64,000 nucleotides of DNA from Pseudomonadota bacterium (GTDB lineage: Bacteria > Pseudomonadota > Gammaproteobacteria > UBA12402): NCBI GenBank assembly GCA_039190005.1, contig JBCCYM010000001.1, forward strand, positions 36,024-100,023, written 5' to 3'. Below are positions 17,564-29,074 of the stretch, piece by piece. Each line of letters begins with the position of its first letter. Within the stretch, counting starts at the first letter, position 1. The translations under genes were made by a program, and so were the position numbers. The notes beneath the pieces are model-generated. The model saw only the letters and a program-made list of their open reading frames with translations. It ran no database searches and had not been told where the DNA came from.

Positions 17564-18739
17564 ATGTTTGAACTAGTAGACACATATCCACAAAGCGCGG
17601 TAATCAAAGTAATTGGTGTTGGTGGCGGTGGTGGTAATGCCATACAACATATGGTGGAACAAACTATTGAAGGGGTAGAGTTTATTTGCGCTAATTCCGA
17701 CGCGCAAGCCCTGAAAAACTCTATGAGTAAGATCAATTTGCAAATTGGGGGGGAATTAACCAAAGGATTGGGCGCCGGTGCCAATCCTCGTATTGGTCGA
17801 CAGTCCGCTGAAGAAGATTATGAGCGTATTCGCGAAGTGCTTGATGGTGCCGATATGGTATTTATTACCGCGGGCATGGGCGGTGGCACGGGCACAGGGG
17901 CCGCGCCGGTTGTCGCTGAAATTGCCAAGAATTTAGGGATATTGACGGTGGCCGTAGTCACAAGACCTTTTTCTTTTGAAGGGCGCGTGCGGGCTGAATT
18001 GGCCGAGAACGGTATTCAGGAATTAGCAAAATATGTCGATTCATTAATTACCATCCCCAATGATAAGCTTTTGACGGTTTTTGGTAAGCAAATTTCACTT
18101 TTAGACGCTTTCAAAGCGGCAAATAGCATACTATCCGGCGCGGTTCAGGGGATTGCTGAACTGATTACCCGCCCCGGCCTCATCAATGTTGACTTTGCTG
18201 ATGTGCGCACTGTCATGTCCGAGATGGGGATGGCGATGATGGGTACCGGTGAAGCGGTTGGCGATGATCGCGCGAAAGTGTCCGCGGAAGCGGCGATTTC
18301 AAGTCCGCTTCTGGAAGACATCAATTTAACTGGCGCTCAAGGCGTGTTAGTCAATATTACCGCTGGTTTAAATATGTCGATAGGGGAATTTGAACAAGTG
18401 GGCGATGTGATCAAGAGCTTTATTTCTGATGATGCGACGGTGGTTGTCGGTACTGTTATCGATCCGAGTTTGGAAGAAAGTATGCGGGTGACAGTGGTAG
18501 TCACTGGTTTGGCGCAAACCATGCAGGGCCAGCATTTTAGTAATACTATTAGCAAGTCAAAGTCCGTGCATGTTGATGGTTCCGTCGATTATGAGGCATT
18601 GGAAAAACCCACTATTTTAAGAAAACAGAAGGTCGAGCCGCCGCAACCCGTGGTTGCCGCGGTAGAGGATAATGGGCCGGTTGTGCAGGAACAAGAACTC
18701 GAATATTTGGATCTTCCGGCATTTTTACGTAAGAAATAG
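17564..18739 (+). CDS. ftsZ: Cell division GTPase FtsZ
   Basis: Tubulin signature GGGTGTG in VIGVGGGGGNAI ... TAGMGGGTGTGAAPV. Conserved C-terminal peptide DLPAFLRKK. Confidence 0.95.
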   Translation: MFELVDTYPQSAVIKVIGVGGGGGNAIQHMVEQTIEGVEFICANSDAQALKNSMSKINLQIGGELTKGLGAGANPRIGRQSAEEDYERIREVLDGADMVFITAGMGGGTGTGAAPVVAEIAKNLGILTVAVVTRPFSFEGRVRAELAENGIQELAKYVDSLITIPNDKLLTVFGKQISLLDAFKAANSILSGAVQGIAELITRPGLINVDFADVRTVMSEMGMAMMGTGEAVGDDRAKVSAEAAISSPLLEDINLTGAQGVLVNITAGLNMSIGEFEQVGDVIKSFISDDATVVVGTVIDPSLEESMRVTVVVTGLAQTMQGQHFSNTISKSKSVHVDGSVDYEALEKPTILRKQKVEPPQPVVAAVEDNGPVVQEQELEYLDLPAFLRKK

Positions 18740-18954
18740 CCACATAACTTGCACTTCGGTTGATTTTTGCGTATTATGCCACCCAATTGTCTTGATTTAG
18801 GTCAAGATAACGATAGAAAGAGGTGTGACTCTGTGTCTTTATGGCATTGCTATATGGGCTGTAGGACGCTTATATGAGAGCGCGCTTGATTTTTCAACGC
18901 TGAATCGGTCGAGATACTGTGTTGGCTGTTTTTGCGTGATTGTAGAGACAAAAA

Positions 18955-19872
18955 ATGGTAAAGCAACGAACTTTAAAGAACGTTATTAAGGCGGTAGGCG
19001 TAACGGTTCATAGTGGCGAACGCGCGGAAGTAACATTTTGTCCGGCGCCACCCAACACAGGCATTGTTTTTGAGCGGGTTGATTTAGAGCAACCGGTTGA
19101 AATTCCCGCCAATCATGAATTCATAAATAACACGGTATTAAATACAACCCTAATCAAGGATGGGGTTAAAATTTCGACGGTTGAACATTTAATGTCGGCT
19201 TTGGCGGGTCTGGGAATTGATAATGTGCGTGTGCAGGTCAATACCAGTGAATTGCCCATTATGGATGGCAGTGCCGGGCCTTTTGTATTTTTATTACAGT
19301 CTGCCGGTATTGTTGAGCAGAATGTCGCTAAAAAATTTATTCGCATTAAAAAGCCCATCGTTTTCCGCGATGACAACAAATTCATCAAACTGAAACCTCA
19401 CAATGGTTTTAAAATATCGTTTAGACTCGAATATGACCATCCCGTTTTTCAGAACTCACCACAAATTGCCGAAATTGACTTTTCTAAAACCAGTTATATT
19501 AAAGAAGTCAGTCGCGCGCGTACCTTTGGTTTTCTTGCCGATTATGAAAAAATTCGCCTTATGGGGCTCAGTAAAGGCGCAAGTCTTGATAACACCTTGG
19601 TTATTGGCGATTATCGGGTATTAAATCAGGATGGCCTGCGTTATGAAGATGAGTTTGTCAGACATAAGATTTTGGACGCGATTGGTGATTTGTATTTGTG
19701 CGGCAGTCCCATCATCGGTTCGCTTGAATGTTGCAAATCCGGACACGCGATGAATAATCAGTTAGTACAAAAATTGATTAATACAACAGGTGCCTGGGAA
19801 TATGTCACCTATGAAGAAAAAGAAAGCGCGCCAGTCTCATTTCTGCATCCGGTGTTAACGCCTGCCAGTTAA
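18955..19872 (+). CDS. lpxC: UDP-3-O-acyl-GlcNAc deacetylase
   Basis: MVKQRTLKN...VGVTVHSGE...TVEHLMSALAGLGIDN...HKILDAIGDLYL is the typical LpxC sequence. 305 aa. Confidence 0.92.
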   Translation: MVKQRTLKNVIKAVGVTVHSGERAEVTFCPAPPNTGIVFERVDLEQPVEIPANHEFINNTVLNTTLIKDGVKISTVEHLMSALAGLGIDNVRVQVNTSELPIMDGSAGPFVFLLQSAGIVEQNVAKKFIRIKKPIVFRDDNKFIKLKPHNGFKISFRLEYDHPVFQNSPQIAEIDFSKTSYIKEVSRARTFGFLADYEKIRLMGLSKGASLDNTLVIGDYRVLNQDGLRYEDEFVRHKILDAIGDLYLCGSPIIGSLECCKSGHAMNNQLVQKLINTTGAWEYVTYEEKESAPVSFLHPVLTPAS

Positions 19873-19940
19873 GTCTAAATAAGCCTGCTTATCATCTCTG
19901 TTGTGAATCAATGAGGGATAAATAAAAGAGTTGGGGTAAA

Positions 19941-20750
19941 ATGAAATCTATTCAAAAACGGCTAATCGCATTTTTTTTCTATAATGTGATTGCTTTGATC
20001 GCAATGATTGCCTTTATAAGGCCGGCATCGGCTTTTTCGCTATGGGCGGATTATGGCATCGGTGGTATCAGTGGATTTCAACAAATTCCAAGAGGCGGTC
20101 AGCCGGGATCGAGCAGTCCCAATCGACCAACGTTTTCTGAATTGGGAGTGAAAAATCCAGGACTGCTTGAAGCTGGGGCGAGTGGCGGTTTTCTGTTGTT
20201 TAGATTGGACGCGATTTATCAACGGCTTTTCTTGAATGGCTCAGCGACTTTGAGTCAATCATTAGTCACGCATGGTATTCCTTTCGAAGCTGGAACACAT
20301 GTTAAGACCAATTCCTATTACGCTTTAACGCACTTGATCGCTAGTGTAACGGCATTACACGGCCAAAAATTTTCACTTCGACCGGGTGTTGGTTTGGAGC
20401 TGATGAATTTTAATTACAAGATCAGTTCGGATACGCAAAGCACTTCCAGGGGGTTTAGCCATTTAGCGCCTGAATTAAAAGTAAACTTTGATTATAACTT
20501 ATCCGCCTACCTGCAATGGCGTAGCGCCGTACACGTTACCGTGCCGGGTTTGACACGTTTAGATAACTATGAAGCCAATACCGGTATCGCTTATTTCCCG
20601 GTGACTAAAAGTTTCCCCGGCATTCAGCCGGCAATTTATATTAAGACCGGTTATCTGTATTTGAATTTCAAAGACAAACAAACCATGCCTAATCATATGC
20701 GTATTACTTACGCGCCATTTGTGGCGGGTGGTTTAGCTTTGTATTTTTAG
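19941..20750 (+). CDS. Putative outer-membrane beta-barrel protein
   Basis: Signal/TM N-terminus. Alternating-hydrophobic beta-strand pattern. C-terminal ...GGLALYF ending in an aromatic residue. Confidence 0.45.
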   Translation: MKSIQKRLIAFFFYNVIALIAMIAFIRPASAFSLWADYGIGGISGFQQIPRGGQPGSSSPNRPTFSELGVKNPGLLEAGASGGFLLFRLDAIYQRLFLNGSATLSQSLVTHGIPFEAGTHVKTNSYYALTHLIASVTALHGQKFSLRPGVGLELMNFNYKISSDTQSTSRGFSHLAPELKVNFDYNLSAYLQWRSAVHVTVPGLTRLDNYEANTGIAYFPVTKSFPGIQPAIYIKTGYLYLNFKDKQTMPNHMRITYAPFVAGGLALYF

Positions 20751-21635
20751 TTTGCTTTTTAGAAATTTGCTCAAATAATTCCAATGGAATACATGCCGAG
20801 GCATGGTCTTTATCGCTAAATAGTACCATTTTCGCGCTGCTTTATAATGACCAGCTTTGTATTCATTTCTAAAAAAAGCAAGACAAAGACGGCTTTTATA
20901 TTCTTTTTTATAAGGCATTAACGTTTCCGGAATAATCTCGGGATCAAACAGTTTATCGGCAATCACAAGGTCATAACCGCCTTTTTCACCTAGTTTATAA
21001 CGAAAACTATCGTCATGCATCATTCTTTTAACAATAGGGTTATCCAACATAACTGCCGGGTAGCAGGCCAATACTTGCGCCACAAAAACAGTATCCTCTC
21101 GTCCAACAATATCCGTGTAATACTGTATTTTGTCAAACACTTCTCGTCGCACAATACTTGTGCCACAGGGAATGGATACCTGCTTGCGTATAAAAGCAAT
21201 AAAATTAGCCTCTTTATTATCAGAAAGTTTGGGTTGTTGTTTGGTTTTTACCCGACCATCTTGCCATACTGAAAAATGATTTCCGGCAATAAGGTCTTTG
21301 TCCGGATAAGTTTCTATGGCTTGACGTAAAACATGTAAAGCTGATGGTGTAAGACAATCGTCAGCGTCAAGCGCGAAAATAAACGCGCCCTTAGCTTTGC
21401 TAACAGCAAAATTCCTGGCGGCGGCAGGGCCTTGATTGACCTGTTTATAATAGCTGATGATATCATTATACCGATTAAGGTAATCACGCATGACTTCATC
21501 TGTATTATCGGTTGAACCATCATTGACGACAATGATTTCGTAGTCGTCACCTTGTTGTTTTAAAATAGAATCAAGTGTTTTAGGCAGATAATCGGCGTAA
21601 TTATAGGCGGGGATAACAAAACTGAATGTGATCAT
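20733..21635 (-). CDS. Family 2 glycosyltransferase
   Basis: N-terminal FSFVIPAYNYADYLPKTLDSIL...EIIVVNDGSTDNT and DAD-type motif (ALDADD). Confidence 0.75.
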   Translation of the reverse strand: MITFSFVIPAYNYADYLPKTLDSILKQQGDDYEIIVVNDGSTDNTDEVMRDYLNRYNDIISYYKQVNQGPAAARNFAVSKAKGAFIFALDADDCLTPSALHVLRQAIETYPDKDLIAGNHFSVWQDGRVKTKQQPKLSDNKEANFIAFIRKQVSIPCGTSIVRREVFDKIQYYTDIVGREDTVFVAQVLACYPAVMLDNPIVKRMMHDDSFRYKLGEKGGYDLVIADKLFDPEIIPETLMPYKKEYKSRLCLAFFRNEYKAGHYKAARKWYYLAIKTMPRHVFHWNYLSKFLKSKLKIQS

Positions 21636-21695
21636 AATATTTTAAGGATAACTGTCGCGAATAAATATTAACTGTAGCAAATACCTATTAAGCGC

Positions 21696-22184
21696 TCAAG
21701 CGCCAATACCGCTTTTGCGATGTTGGCTGGCTGTTGCGACAAAATCCGATAAGGCTTTCTTCAATTGAGGATTGCTCACACTTTTTGCCAGCTGTGTCAA
21801 CGCTGAAATATTTTCCAAAGAGAGAGGCGATAACGCGCGAGATGGTGATGCTATGTCTGCGATGCTGTCCTTGAAAGGTGTCGCTGTGACCATGACATCA
21901 ATGCCACTAAGTGCTGGATTGATTTGCTGTCGCCATTGCGCCAATAAATCGGAGCTTTGGTAGTGTAGTTTGCTTGCCCATGCCGGACTGTCTACGGCAA
22001 TCACCAACCGATTGTTTTGCTGTGATACCGGTCGCGTGTGCGCGATTAACTGTTCATTATTGACGATGGATTGCCATTGCTTATTCAGGTGGTCGAGTGT
22101 TTTAAGTTGATCCAATAGCGCTGTTAAGGCGCTGTTTTTATGCGGATGTTTAATTTGGTGAAATTTTTTGTAAGGTTTTGTCAT
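21696..22184 (-). CDS. DUF721 (DciA-like) family protein, divergent from secA
   Basis: 162 aa. The LIAHTRPVS...RLVIAVDSPAWASKLHYQSSDLLAQW pattern resembles DUF721. It sits in the conserved position between lpxC and secA. Confidence 0.45.
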   Translation of the reverse strand: MTKPYKKFHQIKHPHKNSALTALLDQLKTLDHLNKQWQSIVNNEQLIAHTRPVSQQNNRLVIAVDSPAWASKLHYQSSDLLAQWRQQINPALSGIDVMVTATPFKDSIADIASPSRALSPLSLENISALTQLAKSVSNPQLKKALSDFVATASQHRKSGIGA

Positions 22185-22255
22185 ATTGCTAAGGATGGCA
22201 TTGCTATTAACATCAATAATGTGGATAATAGCATAATTGAATAAAAGGTTTAATT

Positions 22256-24970
22256 ATGTTTCAGACAATATTTAAGAAGATTTTTGGCAGTCGTAATCAA
22301 CGATTGATCAAAAAAATGAAAAAGACGGTCATCAAGATTAATCATCTTGAAGCGGAATTGACAAAACTCGATGATACAGCTTTAAAAGCCAAAACTGATG
22401 CATTTCGTCAGCGCTATCAGCAGGGGAGCTCGCTTGATGAGTTATTAATTGAAACGTTTGCCGTTGTACGTGAAGTCAGTAAGCGCACTTTGGGTTTGCG
22501 GCATTTTGATGTCCAACTGATTGGTGGTATGGTGCTGCACCAGGGTAAAATTGATGAAATGCGTACCGGTGAAGGTAAAACGCTGATGGCGACACTGGCG
22601 GCCTATCTCAACGCCATTGCCGGTGAAGGGGTGCATATTGTTACAGTTAATGATTATTTAGCCCAGCGTGACGCGGAGTGGATGCGTCCTATTTATGAAT
22701 TTTTAGGTTTGACGGTTGGTGTCAACTTGCCGAATATGAGTGCCGAAGACAAGCGCGAAGCGTATGCCGCTGATATTACCTATGGTACCAATAATGAATT
22801 CGGCTTTGATTATTTGCGCGATAATATGGCATTTAGCTTAGCTGATAAAGTACAACGGACATTGAATTTTGCCATAGTCGATGAAGTGGACTCTATTTTA
22901 ATTGATGAAGCGCGTACACCGTTAATTATTTCCGGTCCCAGCGATGATAGCTCGGATATGTATATTAAAATTAACGGTATCATTCCACAATTGACCAAAC
23001 GGGAAGAAGAAGATGGCGACGGGGATTATTATCTCGAAGAAAAAAACCGCCAAGCGTTTTTAACGGAATCTGGTCACGCGCGCGTTGAGGAACTGTTACG
23101 CAAAATTGGTTTATTAAGTGAGCATGGCAGTTTGTATGATTCGGAACATGTGACCCTGAATCATTATCTCAACGCTTCTTTACGAGCGCATACACTTTAC
23201 CATCGTGATGTCGAGTATATTGTTAAGGATGGTGAGATTGTGATTGTTGATGAACATACTGGTCGTACAATGCCCGGTCGTCGCTGGTCTGAAGGCTTGC
23301 ATCAGGCGGTTGAAGCCAAAGAAGGTGTGCCGATTAAGCAGGAAAATCAGACGCTGGCGAGTATTACTTTCCAGAATTATTTCCGTTTATACCAAAAACT
23401 CTCAGGCATGACCGGTACTGCCGATACGGAGGCGTTTGAATTTCAGCAAATTTATGGTTTAGAAGTGGTGGTGATTCCCACCAATAAACCGATGATCCGT
23501 AAAGATCACCCCGATAAAATTTATTTAACCATGAAAGGCAAATTCGACGCGGTGATCGAGGATATCAAAGCCTGCCGTGAACGCGGTCAACCGGTGCTAG
23601 TGGGTACCGCGGCGATTGAGACGTCAGAATATTTATCGGCATTGCTGAAAAAAGAAAAAATCGATCACCAGGTATTGAATGCCAAGTTTCATCAAAAAGA
23701 AGCGAAAATTATTGCCGAAGCTGGTCGTCCGGGCGCGATTACCATAGCCACCAATATGGCCGGACGTGGTACCGATATTGTGCTTGGCGGTAATCTGGAA
23801 TCGGAAATCGCGGCTTTGGGCAAAACACCTGATCCGGCAAAAGTGGAGGCGATCAAAACGGCATGGCAAGCACGGCATCAACAGGTGCTCGATGCCGGTG
23901 GTTTGGCGGTGGTTTGTAGTGAACGGCATGAGTCACGGCGGATTGATAATCAATTGCGTGGTCGTTCCGGACGTCAGGGGGATCCGGGCAGTTCGCGTTT
24001 TTATCTGTCTCTCGAAGATAATCTGATGCGTATTTTTGCCTCACCACGGGTGGCGGGTTTAATGCAGAAATTGGGTATGAAAGAAAATGAAGCCATTGAA
24101 CACAGTTGGTTAAACAAAGCCATTGAAAACGCGCAGCGTAAAGTCGAAGGGCATAATTTTGATATTCGTAAACAATTACTTGAATACGATGATATTGCCA
24201 ATGAGCAACGGCAGGTGATTTATCAGCAACGTAATAATCTCTTGGCTGAAGAGAGTATTGCCGATGATGTGAAAGACACCCGCGCGGAAGTTGTTGGCGG
24301 CTTGGTCAATAGTTATATTCCGTCTGGCAGCATTGAAGAACAATGGGATGTGAAAGGCTTGCAAGATAATTTGACCAATGAATTTGGTTTACCAATCAAT
24401 TTAGTTGAACGTGTCCATGCCGATAAGTCATTAAACCATGAAGACATTGAACAATTGATACGTACTGAACTGGAAACAATTTATGCCGAGAAAGAAACCA
24501 AGGTTGGTGAAACGGGCATGCGACAGTTTGAGAAAGCAATCGCCTTACAAACGGTTGACAGTCATTGGCGTGATCATCTCAGTGCCATGGATCATCTGCG
24601 TCAAGGTATCCATTTCCGTGGTTACGCGCAAAAAAATCCCAAGCAGGAATATAAGCGTGAAGCGTATCAACTGTTTATAGCGATGCTGGAAGAGATCAAG
24701 TATGAAATGATCAAACTGCTCAGTATTGTGCAGATTCAACAGCAACAGGATGTTGATGCCATGGAAAATCAGCGCCGCGCCGCCACACCGTTGAATGTGA
24801 CTTATGAACACGCTGAATTTGCCGAACAAGCCGCGGTTGCCGAACCAGATGAAGCAAACGCGCCGGAAAAACCACAAACATTTCGTCGTGACATGCCGAA
24901 AGTCGGGCGCAACGATCCTTGTCCTTGTGGTTCGGGTAAAAAATATAAGCAGTGTCACGGTAAAGTATAA
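22256..24970 (+). CDS. secA: Preprotein translocase ATPase SecA
   Basis: 904 aa. Walker [10 protein letters not shown]-terminal Zn-finger [14 protein letters not shown]. Confidence 0.95.
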   Translation: MFQTIFKKIFGSRNQRLIKKMKKTVIKINHLEAELTKLDDTALKAKTDAFRQRYQQGSSLDELLIETFAVVREVSKRTLGLRHFDVQLIGGMVLHQGKIDEMRTGEGKTLMATLAAYLNAIAGEGVHIVTVNDYLAQRDAEWMRPIYEFLGLTVGVNLPNMSAEDKREAYAADITYGTNNEFGFDYLRDNMAFSLADKVQRTLNFAIVDEVDSILIDEARTPLIISGPSDDSSDMYIKINGIIPQLTKREEEDGDGDYYLEEKNRQAFLTESGHARVEELLRKIGLLSEHGSLYDSEHVTLNHYLNASLRAHTLYHRDVEYIVKDGEIVIVDEHTGRTMPGRRWSEGLHQAVEAKEGVPIKQENQTLASITFQNYFRLYQKLSGMTGTADTEAFEFQQIYGLEVVVIPTNKPMIRKDHPDKIYLTMKGKFDAVIEDIKACRERGQPVLVGTAAIETSEYLSALLKKEKIDHQVLNAKFHQKEAKIIAEAGRPGAITIATNMAGRGTDIVLGGNLESEIAALGKTPDPAKVEAIKTAWQARHQQVLDAGGLAVVCSERHESRRIDNQLRGRSGRQGDPGSSRFYLSLEDNLMRIFASPRVAGLMQKLGMKENEAIEHSWLNKAIENAQRKVEGHNFDIRKQLLEYDDIANEQRQVIYQQRNNLLAEESIADDVKDTRAEVVGGLVNSYIPSGSIEEQWDVKGLQDNLTNEFGLPINLVERVHADKSLNHEDIEQLIRTELETIYAEKETKVGETGMRQFEKAIALQTVDSHWRDHLSAMDHLRQGIHFRGYAQKNPKQEYKREAYQLFIAMLEEIKYEMIKLLSIVQIQQQQDVDAMENQRRAATPLNVTYEHAEFAEQAAVAEPDEANAPEKPQTFRRDMPKVGRNDPCPCGSGKKYKQCHGKV

Positions 24971-25001
24971 GTGCTTTTTGTCATTGAGTGGGCGTTTTGA
25001 G

Positions 25002-25403
25002 ATGAAAGAAACCGTCTCAGCCTTGCAAGTGGTAATCGGCATTCTTATAAACGCTGAGCGTCAGGTGCTAATCGCGCGACGTCCTGAGCACAAGCCTTTC
25101 AGTGGTCTGTGGGAATTTCCCGGTGGTAAAATTGAAACAGGCGAGACAGCATTGCAGGCGCTAAAGCGTGAACTTGATGAAGAGATTGGCATTAGTGTTA
25201 TCCAAGCGTCACCATTGCTTCAGGTTTCCCATCGTTACGCGAAAAGAGATGTGCTGCTTGATGTTTGGCAAGTCGATCAATACCGTGGTGACGTGACAGG
25301 CGCTGAAGGACAGGCTATACAGTGGTGCGCTATTGAAAAGCTGCGTGATTACAATTATCCTGAAGCCAGCGAAACAATTATTGATTATTTGCAATCGAAT
25401 TGA
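25002..25403 (+). CDS. mutT: NUDIX hydrolase (8-oxo-dGTP diphosphatase-like)
   Basis: Nudix box GLWEFPGGKIETGETALQALKRELDEEIGI. Start moved to the ATG at 25002 (MKETVSAL), immediately after the secA stop. The upstream extension overlaps secA. Confidence 0.8.
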   Translation: MKETVSALQVVIGILINAERQVLIARRPEHKPFSGLWEFPGGKIETGETALQALKRELDEEIGISVIQASPLLQVSHRYAKRDVLLDVWQVDQYRGDVTGAEGQAIQWCAIEKLRDYNYPEASETIIDYLQSN

Positions 25404-25828
25404 GTGACTTTATATGGTTAGGGCTTACAAACATATTTTTCTTTTCTAGCTTCATAGTTCAGTAATAATTTTCAGTCCTGAGTTTAATCAATCTAGCAAG
25501 CGCTTTGTCTTCTTTCTCAACACATTGCATTGGCTAAAATTTCTGATTTTAAGCTTTCAACGGTTTTTTCACCGCTGACAACCTTATCAAGGTTTCTACA
25601 AAATTCCTTATCAGGTTTCATCCCCGCAAAATCACAAATAGCTAATGCTTCCTGTATCCGTTCATGAAGTACTGGATTAAAATTCTTACTAGTAACAGTA
25701 TGATTTGACATAATAATTTACTTTTAATAACCTAATCAAATTATAGCAAAAAAGCGATTATTAGCTATAGAACATTTAAGGGCCTCTTTATCTATTTTCG
25801 CCTGTTTTTTCTGGTATTTAAGCAATAG

Positions 25829-26074
25829 TTTTTCCGTCCGGAGATTAATAAGTTTGGCAAAATTTACACCTCTATTAAGCTGTTACAGCGAGATGTGAAG
25901 CAGTGGCTGGCGCGGTATAATCATTGTCGCGCTCATTCTGGAAAACATTGTTATGGTAAACTCTCTATACAAACTTTTATTGATAGCAAACCGCTTGCCA
26001 TTGATAAAAACTATGGTAATGTTGTCATAGCGTCCGATAACAATGAATCAACTGATTTAGCCGTTGTCAGATAA
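25829..26074 (+). pseudogene. C-terminal fragment of an IS-family (rve integrase) transposase
   Basis: The frame translates to ...DVKQWLARYNHCRAHSGKHCYGKLSIQTFIDSKP..., the conserved C-terminal end of DDE/rve transposases (YN-x-R-x-HS). Only about 80 codons are open; there is an upstream stop and no start or catalytic core. Confidence 0.6.
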
Positions 26075-26087
26075 CTAAACTGTCAGA

Positions 26088-28370
26088 TTGGGTTTTAACT
26101 ATTATATGAACCTTAGTGTCTATCTACTCATAGGTTTGTTATTGGCCTTGCCACTTGCTTGGCGGTCAAATAAAATTATCATCGCTTTTTTATTCGCCTA
26201 TTGGTTGCTCATTTTTTTATGGGCGATACAAGTGATTCATCCTTTTTCTTACTCGCCAATCATCTGGTCAGCTCAATTAGGAATTCAATTCGATTATCAT
26301 ATCGACGGACTGGCACGATTGTTCAGCTTACTTATCAGTGGTATTGGCGTGCTTGTTTTTATGTACGCGGTAATTTATACCCAGGGCGACGCGGGTAAAC
26401 GAACAAAATTATTATATCTCTTGCAGTTATTCGCGATCAGCATGTTAGCGATTGTGCTGACGAATAACACCATTGTCTTGTTTTTAGCCTGGGAACTTAC
26501 CACCATTACCTCGTTTTTGTTAATTCAATTTGACGTCACCGATCCCAAAGCCAATCAAGCCGCTTTTAACGGTATGTTTATTTCCGTGTTAGGTGGTTTG
26601 GCAATGTTGGCGGGTTTTATTCTTTTGCGACAGCAGGTCGGCAGTTGGTCGATTCAGTCGGCATTACACGCTTTACAACAGGGGCCTCATTCCTTGACAG
26701 CGATATTTTGTTTATTGGTATTAGGCGCGGTCACTAAATCGGCGCAGTTCCCGTTTTATTTCTGGTTGCCCGGGGCGATGAAAGCGCCAACACCGGTCAG
26801 CGCTTATCTGCATTCTGCCACCATGGTCAATGCCGGTATTTATCTGTTAGCGCGTTTTCATCCATTGTTTGGCACGCTGAGTTATTGGTATCCGACTTTA
26901 GCTTTTTTTGGCATGAGTACCATGTTGATCGCAGGGGTATTAAGTTTATTTCAGTATGATCTGAAAGCGCTGTTGGCGTATACCACCTTGTTTGCTTTGG
27001 GGTCTATGGTTTATTTGCTAGGCAGTGATCAATGGCTGGCGGCGGAAGCGATGGCGATGTTTTTATTATTTCACGGTTTATATAAGGCCGCGGCGTTTAT
27101 GTGGGTGGGGACAATTGATAAAACTTATGGCAGTCGCGATCTTTTGGCGCTACGAGGATTGGGGCGACGATGGCTGCCGGCTTCACTGGTCGCTATTGTC
27201 AGTTTGGCGGCGATGGCGGGTTTGCCGCCTTTCTTTGGTTTTGTCGTTAAAGAAATGTTATATGAAGCGAAGCTGGCATCGGGTTCGGTATCTTATGTGA
27301 TGATGGCCATCAGTATCTTCAGCAGTATGTTGATTGCCGCCAGCAGTTTTAAATGTTTGTATTATTGGTTTGTGGGACGAACAACGCTTACGAAACAGAA
27401 AACCTTAACCTTTGGCTTACTGTGTCCTTTGATTCTGGTGGTATTCATTATCTGCCTGAATAGTTTGGAATCCTATTTAAGGCCATTTATCAGTGCCGCT
27501 GCCGACAGTATTATATGGCATCCAGTGAATTTTGAATCGGCTTATTCCGGTTTAAGCGTTGCTTTAAGTTTAACCACAGTGCTGGGTGGTGTGCTGCTAT
27601 TTTTTGTATTTCACTTTTTTTATAACAAGGCTATTCATTGGCCATCCGTATTAAACCCATTAGTGTTGTTTGAAAAAGGTTTGGCAAAATTTTTATATTT
27701 TGGTCGTTGGTTTACTTACATCACGCAACGACAGGCGCTCAGCACACAATTGATGTTGATGTTTGCGGCACTGTTAATCTGGCTGGGTTTCGCTTTGGTG
27801 ACAAACTGGTCACAGTGGTGGATGCTAAATTGGCAAGCGTCATCATGGGCGCTTAGTGTGTTAAGTTTGTTATTGATTGTATCCGCTATCAGTTTGTTAT
27901 TGAGTCAGAGGTTTTTAATCAATATGGTCAGTTTAGCGTTATTGGGATTAATCATGAGCGCTATTTTTGTCTTACAAGGCGCGCCGGATGTGGCAATGAC
28001 ACAACTGCTTGTTGAAATCTTAACCGTTATTATTTTGTTGGTCGCCTTGCATAAAGCGCGATTTCCGGTGATGACATTAACCGTCAAACAGCGTGGCGTA
28101 CACGCGGTGATCGCCACATGTGTTGGCATTGCCGTAACCCTGCTATTATTTGCTGTGGTAAACAAATCTTTCCCGACACATTTAAGCGACTATTTTATCC
28201 AAAACAGTTTGCCTTTGGCGTATGGCAGAAATGTGGTCAATGTTATTTTGGTGGATTTTCGTGCCTTTGATACCTTTGGTGAAGCCATTGTCATTCTTGC
28301 CACCGCCTTGGCAATTTGGTTGCTGATTGATAAAAGCGCGTCAAACAAAACAAGACAACGGGAGTCATAG
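26088..28370 (+). CDS. mrpA: Na+/H+ antiporter Mrp/Mnh subunit A (with C-terminal MrpB-like domain)
   Basis: 760-aa polytopic protein of the NuoL/MrpA type. First gene of a 7-gene overlapping operon. Confidence 0.8.
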   Translation: MGFNYYMNLSVYLLIGLLLALPLAWRSNKIIIAFLFAYWLLIFLWAIQVIHPFSYSPIIWSAQLGIQFDYHIDGLARLFSLLISGIGVLVFMYAVIYTQGDAGKRTKLLYLLQLFAISMLAIVLTNNTIVLFLAWELTTITSFLLIQFDVTDPKANQAAFNGMFISVLGGLAMLAGFILLRQQVGSWSIQSALHALQQGPHSLTAIFCLLVLGAVTKSAQFPFYFWLPGAMKAPTPVSAYLHSATMVNAGIYLLARFHPLFGTLSYWYPTLAFFGMSTMLIAGVLSLFQYDLKALLAYTTLFALGSMVYLLGSDQWLAAEAMAMFLLFHGLYKAAAFMWVGTIDKTYGSRDLLALRGLGRRWLPASLVAIVSLAAMAGLPPFFGFVVKEMLYEAKLASGSVSYVMMAISIFSSMLIAASSFKCLYYWFVGRTTLTKQKTLTFGLLCPLILVVFIICLNSLESYLRPFISAAADSIIWHPVNFESAYSGLSVALSLTTVLGGVLLFFVFHFFYNKAIHWPSVLNPLVLFEKGLAKFLYFGRWFTYITQRQALSTQLMLMFAALLIWLGFALVTNWSQWWMLNWQASSWALSVLSLLLIVSAISLLLSQRFLINMVSLALLGLIMSAIFVLQGAPDVAMTQLLVEILTVIILLVALHKARFPVMTLTVKQRGVHAVIATCVGIAVTLLLFAVVNKSFPTHLSDYFIQNSLPLAYGRNVVNVILVDFRAFDTFGEAIVILATALAIWLLIDKSASNKTRQRES

Positions 28371-28372
28371 TA

Positions 28373-28780
28373 ATGTCTGTCTTGCTGCAAACCGCCACAC
28401 GTTTTTTGGTGCAAATCATGTTGTTGCTATCCATTTTGTTGGTGTTGCGCGGTCATAACTTTCCCGGCGGTGGTTTTATCGGCGCCTTGGTGGCGACTTC
28501 CGCCATTGGCTTGTATACCTTGGCATTTGGATTAAAAGCGACAGGCTTTGATCGTTGGTCGCCACGGATTATTGCTTTGGGCTTGTTATTATTATTGATC
28601 AGCATTGCTTGCGCTTTGTTTTCTGGACAAGCCATGTTAACCGGACTGTGGCTGAATGTCGCGTTCTTGGGTAACGCGGTTAAATTGGGCACGCCACTGA
28701 TTTTTGATTTTGGCATTTATTTTTTAATTGTCGGCAGTTTATCCTGGCTGATTGCTGAATTGGAGGATGAGTCGTCATGA
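28373..28780 (+). CDS. mrpB: Mrp antiporter subunit B
   Basis: 135-aa membrane protein. 2-nt gap to mrpA. Overlaps mrpC. Confidence 0.7.
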   Translation: MSVLLQTATRFLVQIMLLLSILLVLRGHNFPGGGFIGALVATSAIGLYTLAFGLKATGFDRWSPRIIALGLLLLLISIACALFSGQAMLTGLWLNVAFLGNAVKLGTPLIFDFGIYFLIVGSLSWLIAELEDESS

Positions 28781-29070
28781 TTATTTTGGCTTGCGGCATT
28801 TTGATTGGCATCAGTATTTTTTTATTATTAGAACCCAGCATTACCCGGCGCGTGTTTGGTTTGGTGTTGTTAGGCAGCACCATCAACATCATTCTGTTAA
28901 TTTGTGGCCGTTTGTATTCAATTCATCCGGTATTTATTAATGGCAAAGCCATCAAGATGGCCAATCCATTACCACAGGCCTTGATTTTAACCGCGATTGT
29001 GATTGGTTTTGGTCTGCTCGCTTTTTTATGCGCCTTGCTGAAAAAAATATTAACTAAAAACGGATCGTGA
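28777..29070 (+). CDS. mrpC: Mrp antiporter subunit C (NuoK-like)
   Basis: 97 aa, 3 TM. Overlapping ATGA junction. Confidence 0.7.
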   Translation: MIILACGILIGISIFLLLEPSITRRVFGLVLLGSTINIILLICGRLYSIHPVFINGKAIKMANPLPQALILTAIVIGFGLLAFLCALLKKILTKNGS

Positions 29071-29074
29071 GTTT

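Noticed and set aside
25517-25711. 64-aa ORF (minus strand) between mutT and the IS remnant
   Set aside because: No RBS, signal or recognisable family. It lies in a region of IS-derived debris. It cannot be supported as a gene, or as a toxin-antitoxin component, from sequence alone.
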